Source: the human T2T-CHM13v2.0 reference genome, Homo sapiens. Taken from it: a DNA stretch of 64,000 bases. The notes beneath the pieces were generated by a model. That model did not search any database and was not told the DNA's origin. It saw only the letters and a program-made list of their open reading frames with translations. Shown here piece by piece: positions 1 to 14,774 of this stretch. A program made the position numbers and the translations under genes. The stretch is taken from the NCBI RefSeq assembly GCF_009914755.1, contig NC_060926.1; one strand, given 5' to 3'. Each line of letters opens with the position of its first letter. Within the stretch, counting starts at the first letter, position 1.

Positions 1-1295
1 TAGAGAACTCAGATTTAAGACCACACATCTACAACCATTAGATCTTTGACAAACCTGACAGAAACAAGCAATGGGGAAATGATTCCCTATTTAATAAATG
101 GTGCTGGGCAAACTGGCTAGCCATATGCAGAAAATTGAAACTGGACTCCTTCCTTACACCTTATACAAAAATTAACTCAAGATGGATTAAAGATTTAAAT
201 GTAAAACTCAAAACTATAAAAACCCTGGAAGAAAATCCAGATAATACCACTCAGGACATAGGCACGGGCAAAGATTTCCTGACAAAATTGCTGAAAACAA
301 TTGCAACAAAAGCAAAAATTGACGAATGAGATCTAATTAAACTAAAGAGCTTCTGCACAGTAAAAGAAACTATCATTAGAGCAAACAGACATCCTACAGA
401 ATGGAAGACAATTTTTGCAATCTACAAGGAACTTAAACAAATTGACACACACACACACACACAAACATTAAAAAGTGAGCAAAGGACATGAACAAACACC
501 TCAAAAGATGACATGTATATGGCCAGCAAACATGTGGAAAATAGCTCAACATCACTGATTAGAGAAATCCAAATCAAAACCGTGATGAGATACCATCTCA
601 CGCCAGTCAGAATAGTGATTATCAAAAGTCAAGAAACAACAGAGGCTGCCAAGAGGTAAGAATGCTTTTACATGTTAGTGGAAATGTAAATTAGTTCAAC
701 CATTGTGAAAGACAGAGTGGCAATTCCTCAAAGACCTAGAACCAGAAATACCATTTGACCCGGCAATCCCATTACTGGGTATATACAGCCAAAAATATAA
801 ATCATTCTATTGTAAAGATAGATGCACGTGTATGTTCATTTCAGCACTATTCGACATGGAATCAACCCGAATGCCCATCAATGGTAGACTGGATAAAGGA
901 AATGGTACATATATATCATGGAATACTATGCGGCCATAAAAAAGACAGATTATTTTCTTTGCAGGGACATGGATGGAGCTGGAAGCCATTATCCTTAGCA
1001 AACTAACACAGGAACAGAAAACCAAGAGAACCATGTTCTCACGTTCAAGTGGGAGCTGAACAATGAGAACACATGGATACAAGGAGGGGAACAACACACA
1101 CTGAGACTGTCATGGGGGTGGGGTGGGGAAGGGAGGGCATCAGGAGACATAGTTAATGAATGTTGGGCTTAATACTTAGATGATGGGTTGATGGGTGCAG
1201 CAAACCACCGCAGTACATGTTTTCCTATGTAACAAACCTGCACATCCTGCACATGTATCCCAGAACTTGAAATTAAATTAAAAATAAAAGATAAA
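1..1295 (+). mobile_element. L1PA-type LINE-1, 3' part (ORF2 C-terminus, 3'UTR, A-rich tail), decayed
   Basis: ORF 135..329 ([22 protein letters not shown]) is L1 ORF2. G-rich 3'UTR tract at ~1114-1137, terminal motif aacctgcacatcctgcacatgtatcccagaactt, then an A-rich tail. Contains stops and deletions. Confidence 0.93.
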
Positions 1296-4116
1296 AAATT
1301 GTCAGAATTCAATAATTATGCAATAAGGACGTAATTTAGTAGCTCTAGTTAGAGGTTCAAATAGAACGTAATTTAAAGTTGACATTAAAACAAGCTAAGG
1401 AAAAAGATAAAAGCCTGTGAATGGGGTTAATTCAGAAGCTAAATCCATGAAGAATAAGCAGTTATTTTATTTTTAGCTAGGTATACTCTACTGGATTGGA
1501 GTTGAGCCCATGAGTGGCTCAACAGAAGCTGGCTAAATCCATGTTAAAATCTTAAATGTGATCCTTGAGTTTTTCAGAGTATTGAAGAATTCACCCATAA
1601 AAAGACAATGAAAGTGTTTACTGTGCAGCTGGGGGATGACAATATGGTTCTGAATCATTTTCCTTAATAAGAGATTAAGTCAGAAAATATTCTTATCTCA
1701 ATCATCTCTATGCACTTTGTCCCGAGGAAACAGATGGAATTCACCACTTTTGTAAATCCCATAATTTTTGTTATTTTGGGTATCTGTGTCCTTACCACAG
1801 TATTCTCCAAGAAAAATTTTGGGAAACAATCAGCTGCTACAAATGTGCTTTGTATGAATACTTTTTTAAAAAACAAGTTTTGCTTAGAAAACACCTAACT
1901 CCAAAATTATCCCCAAAGTCTGCAACTTTCAAGCTAAAATGCTAAATAATAAATATCAGTTATCGTTATAAAAAAGAATAAAATTCAGTAAGAAATTTAA
2001 TGTCTATCATTTCCCCCCAAGGTTCATTAATACACTTTATTAAGCATATTATTATCATTCATCTTGATTCTCTCACAATATTGTTTAGGAATGATGTACA
2101 ATGTTAAATGTAGGACTTTGAAGGAGGCCACATCAGAATCATTGGGTGGGCCTTTTCAGTGCTATAAACTTCTACAACCCACTTTTTCCACCTCCCTTCC
2201 AAGATTCGTATAACTGTCTCCCACTTAGAGGGCCTGTCTTTGTAAGCCAACATTACTAATATTCGTAGACCTAATCATTTTTGCTTTGCTAACATGAAAA
2301 AGTTGAGACCTACGGGCAGAGCGGTATTTAGAAAAAGCTATAAAGTCTGACCCAAATGCAAACCTACCTAATTATGCTGTGTACAATTATCTAACTGCTC
2401 AGAGTCTCAATTTTCCCCCCCCCAAAAAAACCAAAAGAATAATATCTCCCTGTTGCAGATAGTCTTTCAGCATATTCAATAAAGTTAAAATATATCATTG
2501 AAGGTAGATTTGCTTTTCTAGTGTAAAAGAAAAAAACAGGGCTTAGATGTCCCACTTCTGCATTCTTTTTAGCCATCCAGCTTTACCTAATACATCTGAA
2601 CTTTGAGTAAAAATGCCATCTATTATAAAACAGGAAGGGCATATCTCTCCTGCTTGCTACCCAGAGATGCAGTGGGTATCCAGTGAGATGAGACGTGCAA
2701 TTTTTTTAAAATATTGCAATAAAATATTTACTATTATATTATTATGGAAGTGTTAACTGCAAGTCAGTTTGACCTGCAATGTTTTTCTTCTCATAGCAAT
2801 CCTTTGAAAACTAAAATGTTTATATTTTCTCAAAAAAGCATGTTCTCTTCAGGTAAGAGAAAAGCACCTAAATATAATGGGGGTGGGAGGAACTAAAGAG
2901 AATCTCTGAAACAGTGGATAGTGACAGGTATTCAGGCTGACTTCCATCAGTTCATTATTTTTGCTTATATGGTATGACAAAGATTTTATGTAATTATAGA
3001 TGCAAAGAATATTCAAACTTCATTATCATCTCACAAACTGTCATAGTGAACACAGAGCCCATCGTATTCAATGGCAGCTCTTCTGTGACATGTTGATAAA
3101 ATGCATGGCTTACAAGCAATGACAGAGAAGCCCAGCCCTGCTCACACCCCTGCCCCACTCCCATCATCAAATTACTTCCACATATTTAATCACTTTTTTC
3201 TAAAGTGACTATGTAATTGCATGCTTAAACCTAACCTCATCACAAATTATTTACTCAGATTAAAATATTTCCAGTGAACTTATTTTTTATTATTCAAAAT
3301 GAATATTCTATTCAGCATTTCAGTGAATTCCCTAACAACAACAACAACAACAAAATATATGTTTCTAGGTTTGCTGAATTGCTTAATAAATCAAATTTAA
3401 TCTAAGTTATACTTATTTTCTACCAACAGTCAATATGCAATTGCTTAACCTTCCTTAGATTTATTTTAACAAATAGCTGTTTTTAAAACATATATTAAAG
3501 AAGAGAAGACACCATTATTAGGGCATATTAAGTGTAGATAAAAAGTTCTTAAGTACGCTCAGAAAATAATTCTACTGCGCAACTTAGTGAATATTTTAGC
3601 TATTTGACTATTCAGTATTCCATTTGCTGGGAAAAATACATTTGGATTAGTTGAGGTAATCACTAATGTAGCAAGGACTGTGGCCTTGTGTTCAGTTTCT
3701 AGCTGCTGCCTAAGCCAATGTCTGAAATACTTATATCAGAAGGCAAATAATCCTTATTACTTACATAATAAATCACATAAATTACATAATAAGGATTATC
3801 TGCCTTGTGCCATCCTTTATTATTATTTAATATGAATGACCATTTCTCCATAGAATTCTTGAAATATCCACCGCTTTCATTATAATTTTTGGTCTATTTT
3901 CACAATAAATAACTTTATCAATTGTTTCATTAAGAGGATCTTCAAAATGTTCGACAATATTTGTTAAACACTTTGTTCATTTAAGTATATAAAATTATAC
4001 CTGTATGTCCTATTTTTCACAATTTGCCTTTGACTCATTTAATCTAATTACAATGATCAAACATTACATAGTATTATTTCTTTACATAAGGGTTAATACC
4101 CAGTTCATGTATATGA

Positions 4117-4501
<385 letters not shown>

Positions 4502-4635
4502 TTCTCTTAATTTTTCTACAGATTTTTATTTTAGCCGAATTTGTAAGAAACACTTTCTGTAAATCATAAATTAAATGGATGCATGTTAAAATTATCATTC
4601 TTATGGTTTCCCCAAGCATACACAAAGCAATTTTT

Positions 4636-4880
4636 GTACTCCCATGTGGAAGCAGGGAGAGAGAAGGAGAGAGAGAATATGTGTGCATCTCTGGGTGTGT
4701 GTGTGTATGAGTGTGTGTGTGTACTCCCATGTGGAAGCAGGGAGAGAGAAGGAGAGAGAGAATATGTGTGCATCTCTGGGTGTGTGTGTGTATGAGTGTG
4801 TGTGTGTACTCCCATGTGGAAGCAGGGAGAGAGAAGGAGAGAGAGAATATGTGTGCATCCCTGGGTGTCTGTGTGTATGA

Positions 4881-4913
<33 letters not shown>
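4636..4913. repeat. 85-bp minisatellite x3 with embedded (GA)n and (GT)n tracts, ending in a (GT)n microsatellite
   Basis: The unit gtactcccatgtggaagcagggagagagaaggagagagagaatatgtgtgcatc... starts at 4636, 4721 and 4806. Confidence 0.95.
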
Positions 4914-4914
<1 letters not shown>

Positions 4915-5464
4915 CAATGAGATTTCAGTTTATGGTAATATGCAGGAAGAGAAGGACAGTCTGTCAAGTTTCTGACATGAGAAGTCAGAGTGAATCACAA
5001 ATCACAAGTTTTTTGGAAGAGGATGTATAAAAATTAATTTCCTTTAAAGAGAGTTAACACAGGTAGTTACTCCCCATTAGCATAAACCTAATTATTTAAG
5101 GTATTTTTAACTACAGTCAATGCACTTATAATTATCAACTCTGTCTGCTTTTTTTAAATCCCACCTTCACTATCACATTGTGAATTACCACTCAGTGGAA
5201 AAAAAAAATCAATTCCCAGTCAGGTGACACTGTAAAAAGCCTTAAAGAAATAATTACAATTAACTCTGCAATTTATGACTTATTTAAATAGAGAAAGTTT
5301 ATGTGTATGTGTTTGTATATGCAAAACATGTAGTGAATACAGTAATTCAAGTTCATTGTATTTGCACATACAGCTTTCCAACAGCCATGAGCTATGCTAG
5401 AAATTTGAGAATCCAGCCTACGGGTCTGTAAATGAAATCAGTAAAGGGTGGCATATAATATTTA

Positions 5465-5776
<312 letters not shown>

Positions 5777-6559
5777 TCAAGATTATTTTACAGTTTTGCC
5801 CTAGTTATTGAAAACTATTTTCTATACTTTTAATAAATTCATAACAAAAATTTTCTTATAAAAAAACTTTCTATAAGTCATATGTATACTTCACTGTTTT
5901 AGTGTACTTCTCTGAAAAAAAAATTCTGCAGCACATTTGTATTCCTTATTTCCTTAGTCATAATGTGTTGTCTAAATGTGAGGACATGTCATTTACTTTT
6001 ATTGCTAGTAAGTAAAGGAAGTGGTGTGAATTGTTTTTCTAGAAATGATGATGGATCTAGACTGACCTCTCCATACAGTTTTGCAGGTTACCCTCACGAG
6101 CAAGGTAATGTTTTTTTGAGTCGAATGTATGAGATCAGAAATAGATTCTCCGGAGCAGAAAATGCAAAGCTCATAAGCTTAAACAAAGAGTGCACCTGTG
6201 ACTTTGGCCTCACTGGCTCCTTGACCAACCCCAAGAGCCAAACAATCACACATTCTTTTAGTGACTAGATAGTGATTACTGAGCCAGTTCCTTCCACATC
6301 TACTTTCTACAGTCAGGAAAACAAGATTCTAGGTATAAAATAAACTTCAATACCATTTTTTTGAACAATGCAGCTTTGCTGGTATTAGGACTGAGTTTTT
6401 GATGAACATATACAAATTTCCCAGAGTTTCAACAGCATATTTAAACGTAACAGTAAAATCTGATAGAAAATTCGTGTTGATAGAGTTTAGCTATACAATC
6501 ATATTCAGAGTAACTTTTCTGCTAATTAAGAAATAGGAAATATGTGGAAATCTTTAATT

Positions 6560-7292
6560 CATCTGTATCTAATGCATCAATAAATCACTTTGACCATGAG
6601 GTCAAAACTATCAGACATCCTACCACTTCTCAGTAATGACTGCTACTATCCTGCCATGATCACTCATCTAGATTATTTCAAAGTTTTCTGCCTGGTTTCC
6701 CTTTTTCCATCTATGCCCTTCTCACCTTTACAATATCCCAACACAACAGCCAGAGTTATACCATTAAAATGCTAAGGCAGATAAGGTCAGTTCTTCACTC
6801 AGTCCCTCAAAGGGCTCCTATTTTAACCAGAGCAAAATTCAAAGTCCTTATAATGATCTATTAAACTCTACCTGATCTGTATATTAATTACTTCTTTAAC
6901 CTCATTTCCTTCATCTCCTTACTACTCTTACTCTTGTTCGTCTCACTCCAGACACACTGCACTTCTTACTGTTCCTTGAACAAGCCAGGGAAGCTGCCAC
7001 CTCAGAGGGGCTTCCCACTTCCTGGAATAATCATTTATCAATTACCAGAATGGCTTACTTGCTCACCTCTTTTAGGTCATTATGCAAATGTCATTTTACT
7101 GGTGAGGAGTCTCCTAGCACTTTATCGTCTAAAAATCTTAAGCCCCTATACTTTCTATACACCTTCATAGTTCTTTCTTATTCACCATAGTATGTTTTAT
7201 ATATTTTTCTGATTATTTACTTCTATCTCTAGCATCTAGAGAAAAAGCGTAGAACTTAGTGATCATTCAATACCGATTTTCTGAATAAATAA
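6560..7292 (+). mobile_element. L2 LINE relic (3' region)
   Basis: Similar to the L2 3' consensus (cacaacagccagagttata...aaaatgc; aaagtccttataatg; ends ...tcaata..ctgaataaataaa). Confidence 0.7.
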
Positions 7293-7691
7293 AAAGGACA
7301 CATGGAATTCTCACACCAGAAGACTTTAGAAACATTTCATGAAACGCAACAAAAATAATTTATTTAACCTATGAAGGGAATTCAGAGTATGACTAGCTAT
7401 TCAGAAAATTTCATAAATATCATTTGACCATTCTATAAGAAACTGAAGCTGAGCACTGTAAAGGTAGGACAAAAACCAGAGCATATACTATAACTAATGG
7501 AAGTAACTAAGTCTCAAGTTTTGAAGCAGTATTATTTAGTGGCCTTTCTTTTGTTTCTGGCATGGGCCAGGATATCAGGCACCTGTGTTTGTCTCAGATA
7601 GAAGAGCCCTCCAGTGAATATGATTTGGGGCCTCCCCTCACAGGCTTAAAACAATCCTATAATTCATGCATTGGCATTTTTATCCCCATCA

Positions 7692-8040
7692 TGCTAGACC
7701 CCTATTAATTTCAATAGGGGTGGTGCCAGGTTCAAGAGGCCAAAGAAGAGACCCAGAGGTAGCAAAAAAAAGACACAGGGTTTTATTTAGGGAAACTTAC
7801 ACACAGAGATGGTCCAGTGGCTGCAGCCTGGAGAATCACTACCACTTGGGAAAAGCATGCAGCTTATATAGCACGTAGCACGTTCCCTTAGCACATTCCC
7901 CCCACCCCCACCCCTGCCCCGCCCCGCCACCCACAACCTCCACGTGGCAACCTTCCTTTCTTAAATTGTTATTGCTATCGTGTGCACCTGCCATACAAGG
8001 TATGCTTAAGTTACATTATTGTTGTCAAATGTATCTGCCA
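7692..8040 (-). mobile_element. Solo ERV-type LTR fragment (subfamily not determined)
   Basis: LTR-like motif ccaggttcaagaggccaaagaagagacccagag. Minus-strand AATAAA at 7787-7782 and TATA-like cttatata at ~7863-7870. Confidence 0.65.
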
Positions 8041-10568
8041 TAAACCTCTCCTCCCCCAGGAAATTCTCTCAAGTCATAGGATTCCTGTCTGCCTTTAACA
8101 AGACATTAAATATTTTTTATACATAATAACAACAAAACAGTAAAACAAAAATAACCCAAAAAAGCCTCAATGAGATTATAAAACTAAGTAGCACAACAGT
8201 TTCTTCCCAATGGAGAAAATAGTCTTATCCAGGACTGCCTGAGTATAAACCCACAACAAAAATATTCTTAAAAATGCTAAGATCATTTCCACAAAAACAA
8301 AGTCCTCTCAGAAGCATCAGTAGAATTGTGAATCATCTCTGCTTAACATAACCTTGTCAATTGACCACATCTGAGCCTGGTTAGCTAGTCAGTTTCTCTC
8401 CTAACCTCTTAAATCTATCTTTAACTGTGTTTCACTTGCCCTTGTCATTCCTTAATTTGGGGATCTAGATTTAGTCTCCCCTCTACTCCTACTTTTGTCA
8501 TTTTACTGTTGACCTTGGCACTCTTGAAACCTGTTGGATCATAGATTTCTCAGGTGATAGTAAAATCTTAGATGGGTGTGTTATCAGGTAAACAAAGATA
8601 GACTGACAATGTCAGTCCTTAGTGTCTTCATTTGACAACTGAAATGACCTTTAGTGAAACTACTTTCACTCAAAATGACCCACTATTGAAAGCATCCTTG
8701 CTGCAAAGTTTTATGCAAAGTCCAGATTTAGACAGCCATTTTTTGGCTAGCTACTAGTCAGTAAACTTAATGTAGGGCATAAACATTCTTTGAAGAGAGG
8801 CCGGAATATAAAGGAGCGCTGAGATTCCCCTGAGAAACTGAGATGCAAATGGGTTCATGGTTAACACAGGCAATGCTTATTTGACAGAATTAGTCAACTT
8901 ACTTGGTTTTTGTAGCTGCTTGTTGAGTGAATCAGTTAATTGTTTTAGTGAAAAACATATCGACCACTAATTCTAAAGTCAGGTGCTTCATAATCTAACA
9001 GGGTTTGATTTAATAATGGTGACTTCAAAAGATCAAAGGACATACTGGAGGAAGGATACCTACATAAGTTGTGAATGCTTTACTGAAGTAATCTTCATGG
9101 GTCTCTGCTAATTACTAACTGTGGTTTACCTCTTTAGACAGAAGGTCAAATATGGAGGAAGGAAGCCACTGAAACACGAGAAACCACAAAAATCCTCAAG
9201 GTCTAAGGATCCAATTCTTTCAGTGTATTTCAAGTTGAAACTGGCATAGCCCTGGCAAAAATGTAATCTATCTCTACCTGCACCACATCTAATGTCTGTT
9301 GTGCATCGTTACCACATGCCAATTGAAGAGCACCAGCTTGGGTAAGGTGGATATAAGACTGACCAGAATAAATGTGATGATCTTATTGGTTGTCATCCTT
9401 AGTCAATGGACAGTTTTCCCAAAAGAACACTTGAAAAGCACATTAGATGACTTCAGTCAAAGGGATACCTGTGTCAACACTTAGTGAGAGGTAATGAACA
9501 TTAACCTTCCACATAGAAGATACTGAAGCACAAACAAGCACACAGGTGACATTTTAACTTAGAGAACCAAGACTTTGGTTGGGTAAACACCTACAGCAGG
9601 CTGTCAACTGATTCATGATAGAAGAGAAAAATTGTCCTCATACTCCTCACCACTCCTTGTATGTTGACAGACCTAAAAACATTTCTCTCTCCTGTGATGG
9701 AGAATAGTATTTGTGCTCTGTATGATCATAAATGATTTGATTTTTCCTGTAATGTATGTTGTATTCATTAGTGTCACAACCTTTGAAGACTGATTCTAAA
9801 ATTGTGAATTGAAAAGAGAAACTTGGAAAGGCTTATTTGACCAGGTTCATAAAAATACCTATTTAAATTCAAAGCCACCATAACTGTGTCCTTGCAAGCC
9901 TATCTTTATCTTCTCACAGTCAAAAATATACTAAAAGTGGATTTATTTACTTATAATAATATGATTTTGATATATATGTTGTGCTAAATAAATGTTTTCA
10001 GGGTGTATAAAAACTTGTCATTTTTAAGGTTTCATTTAAACCTCCAGTTCTTGTATTCAATTATAAGAATATTAATTTTGCTAGTTTCCTTCTAAGTGAT
10101 TGAAGTAATGAATTCATATACTTACAAATAATTATGTAACTAACAAACATATGTATATAATAAATGTATATATATATGTATATCATCTAGTTGTTCTATA
10201 TTCTAATTTTCCTTAATTAAACCTGTAATTGTATTTGTAAGCAATTATCTCCACTAAATGAAGCTCCCAGCATGTGCACATCAATATTTCTGAAGTCATA
10301 GATGAAAAAAATCCCAGTTTTAACTGCATAAAACGTTGAATAATGACTTGCATATAAAGTACATAAAATGGAGAGTCAGACTAATATGGTGATAAAACAG
10401 AAAGTTGTAATCTATACAACACAAAGAATCGGTTTTAAGCCAGTAATGAACTTCAAAGATTGAAAGAGGTTTTTTTTTTCAGATTTACTCTTATTTTATC
10501 ATATACAAATTATATAAAGGCTGTAAAAATAAGGAAAATGGGTTTGCAGTTAGAAATGAGAAGACTAA

Positions 10569-10973
<405 letters not shown>

Positions 10974-12454
10974 AAAAGGGCTAATTTTCTAAAAAACTTC
11001 TACAATGATGCAAAAAACAGAAAAAGTTAAATATGTAATATTAACAGAAAATTATGTAGTTTAAAAAGGAGAGATACAGAATCATGGTGTGGAGAAAAAA
11101 TAAAAAAGAAAGAGAAAGTATTACAGTATTCAAATATATAATAAATTGTAGATGAAAGTCAACCAAACCAAACTGAAAATGTGAATCAAGTTAATATCAT
11201 ATAAGTGAAAAAAATATAGCATTGAAATATTTTCTTTTTCAAAACATAATGGTCACATTGATTTCTCCCTGTTTTCATTCCTTAACTATTTTTTAACAAA
11301 AAAGCTCTTTACCAAAATGAATAATATTCAGAATAATGACATACTGTCATATATCAGAAGAAACTGTTCTATCACATTTTATTATAGAAATAATATATAA
11401 ATCAAATTAGGAAAACGAAAAGGCATTAAAAACTGTATTGGACTGAGCAAGAAAATGAATATTGCTACAATTTATCTTAGCACTACCTTTTATCATCAAT
11501 CACAATATATTTATGCTGAAGTATTCTTTGGGTAAATATTTTAATTAATTAATTAATTTATCTAGTATTTATACATCTAAGCATTAACTGGGATCTGAAA
11601 GAGATCAGTAAGACAGTCCGCCTTCAAGAACGATACAATCAAGTAGAAAGTTTAAGTTATCTACAAAGAACTATGTTTTTATAATCAGGTATGATATCTT
11701 TCATAAAAGACGTATCATCTCATTGAGTTTCAAAGAATGGTTAGATATGTCTGCTTAGTGGAGGCACAAGTTTCCTGATGGTGTTGGTATTCGGTCTCAG
11801 CCTTGCCTTAATGGAAGAACAAGAATTCAATATGCAGAGATGGATAAAAGAAAGTCAAGCAAAAGAAACAGCTTTGACAAAAGTACAGATGTGTGAAAGA
11901 TTTGAATATATTGAGGAGAGATTGACCTCAGTTTTTCAGTTTTCTGCAGGGTACAAGACGCATAACTGGTGGAGTATTTCACTAATAATAGTTAATGTTT
12001 TCCAAGCATATTTTAGGAGCCAGACACTGTAATACATGGTTCACATTTATTAGTTCACTGTATATGCAGAACATCCCTTTGATTCGGCTAATATTTACCA
12101 CATTTTAAGATTAATACTCACTTAAGTTAATATAGCTATTAAGTGAAAATAACTGAGTTCAAATTTATAGAGTTTTGTAGTAGCTGACAAAACAGGTTAA
12201 GGACAAATTGTACAGGCTATTGAATGTCAAGATGATGAACTTATTTTTAATTTTGGCTGCAATGGGAAGCCAGTGTTAATTTTAGAAATACAGTATAATG
12301 TGATCAAAACTATGCTTTAAGAAGATCAAGTCAAAAATAATATGTAAGATATTGTGTGGGTGGGTAAAATATAGTGAGAAAGATAAGTAGAATACAGTAG
12401 GAAGTATAAATTTCCCACTCAACTTTCCAGATTTTATGTTTTTGCTTTTATTTG

Positions 12455-12880
12455 GGGGGATTATTTATTTAAATTGACATAAATTGATATGTCTTTATAG
12501 TGCACAACATGATGTTTTGAAGTATACATACATTGTGGAATAGTTAAACCTAGGTAATTGACATATGCATTACCTCACATAGTTACCATTTTTGTAGTGG
12601 GAACATTTAATATCCCTTCTCTTAGCATTATGTTAAGTGAAATAAGCCAGTCATAGAAAGACAAGTAAACATATCTCACTCATGTAGAATCTAAAAGAGA
12701 TGATCTCATAGAAATAGAGAGTAGAATGTTTGTTGCCAGAAGCTAAGGCATTTGGGGGATCAGGTTGGGGAGATGTTAGACAAAGTATGCAAAATCACAG
12801 GCAGGAGTAATTAGTTAAATAGATCTGTTTTCCAGCATGGTAACTATAGTTAATGATAACATGTTGGATTATTTAAAAAT
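12455..12880 (-). mobile_element. L1MA-type 3' fragment with 5' inversion
   Basis: 12462-12627 is the reverse complement of the L1MA terminus and ~12628-12880 is the preceding 3'UTR segment in plus orientation. Flanked by an 18-bp TSD-like repeat (16/18 match). Confidence 0.75.
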
Positions 12881-13648
12881 GTTCTTGCTTTTACTTTATA
12901 AATGGTAGAGTATAATTTTACTTTTTAGTTGGTAGAGTATAATTCATGTCAGAAGTATAATTCATGTGTACGTTGAGGTAAAATGGAAACGTCTTACACA
13001 CTGCCTTCAAATCTAGAGTGAAGTTGGAAAGGAGTTAAGAGAATGGAAAAGATACCTTTTTCCTGTTTAGATTCACGCAGTGCAGAAATGAAGAATGGCC
13101 ATATGTGGCAATGTTCTTACTGGAAGCAGAGGTCATTGGGAAAAATGTAAGCCCCAGATAATTCTCAGAGATTTCCCTAAGAAAACCTCTTCTATGGTCC
13201 TCCAAACTAGATTCTACATGTCACATAGAGAATGGCATTAATTTCATTTGTTTTTATGAAGAAAGTAACCCAAAATTATGAAAAACTTGTGGACACAGGT
13301 ATCAGATATCTGAATTACTGAACACAGAAATGCCATTTTAATTTCTCAGAAACAAGGTGATAAGAACCTAAAGTAGGAGGTGTTGAAATCTTAAGTAGAA
13401 ATGGGTTGATGTAATAAAGCAGAAGTTCAAAATTGCAGTTATTGTTGTATTGTGGACAACGAGTGACATGAAGTCAAGGATTATTTGGAAATTGTAGATG
13501 TGGGTCATGGGGATAAAGGGTATCATTAAAAGAAACAGTAAGAGAAGAAAGTAGAATCAGTTTTTAGAGAAGATGATGATTTCAGTGTTGGCACATTAGT
13601 CCAATGGCTAAAGCTGTGTTTTTTATCTTGTTTTGTTTTGTGTTCTAG

Positions 13649-13870
<222 letters not shown>

Positions 13871-14774
13871 TAAGCATAAACCTTAAAATAATTTAGTCAC
13901 TTTGCTATTTAGACTTTGCTAGTGAAATACTGGTACCTTCATTCACAGCATATTTCAACTTGAAATGTGATAATTGAGAAGCAATTCAGTATATTGTTTT
14001 TCTGGAAGAAGATCCATTTTATAAGCACGACAAAAGACAATAACATCATGCCCTCCCCAGCACAAACATATCTTTTCATTTTGCAAACTGGCGGCTCTCA
14101 CAATTTCCCTGTTTTGCAGAGAGCTGGTCCAACCAAACCAAGGAGGCATTTCCCCTGTTATCTGAAAGCCTTACTTAGCACGTGGCAAGTGTTTAGTACA
14201 TGAATGAAATATGGGGGACTGTTTGAATATGAACTCCTCAATGTTTTTTAAAGAGACTTTACTGAATTAACACATTGTAAAATAATAAGGTATTTCAATA
14301 AGTACAATGAAATAAATAATGCAGTTATTTTAATCAGAAAAAATGAAAGATATGTAATTGATAACCATTGAAGATTTATAAGTAAATCACAAAATTTCAG
14401 AATATAATTCATTCAAATTTTAGATTATTACATGATTATTAGAACTAGCAGACAGTCCAGTGATGGTCAGTTTATATTAGTTACTGAGAAGTGGCTAATG
14501 GCTGCTTTAAAAATCTCCTAGTGACCTTTCTAATTGTAGCCAGTGGAAAATACTTTAGCTACAGAAAAATATTTTCTCTACTCAGACATCTTTCTCTATG
14601 TTATAGATTAGTAATATTTGAGTTTAAAATGTAATGGGTATTGACTCATTTGAAAATTGCTTCTAAGTAACTCCTATTTATAAAGTAATTTCAGTTTGAA
14701 AACACGGGTCCTTAGAAGAGCCACATTTAATATGGCTCCTAAAAGGGAAATACTGCCTCAGTATTTGAATATTT

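Noticed and set aside
1114-1137. G-quadruplex-like tract
   Set aside because: Standard feature of the L1 3'UTR.
2841-2858. tgttctcttcAG|GTAAGA, resembling a recursive splice site (similar motif at ~16741-16763)
   Set aside because: On the plus strand, antisense to LRP1B, with no evidence of a plus-strand transcript.
8601-8617. Palindrome gactgaca-a-tgtcagtc (MEIS/TGIF-like half-sites)
   Set aside because: 8-bp arms are expected by chance in 64 kb and there is no supporting context.
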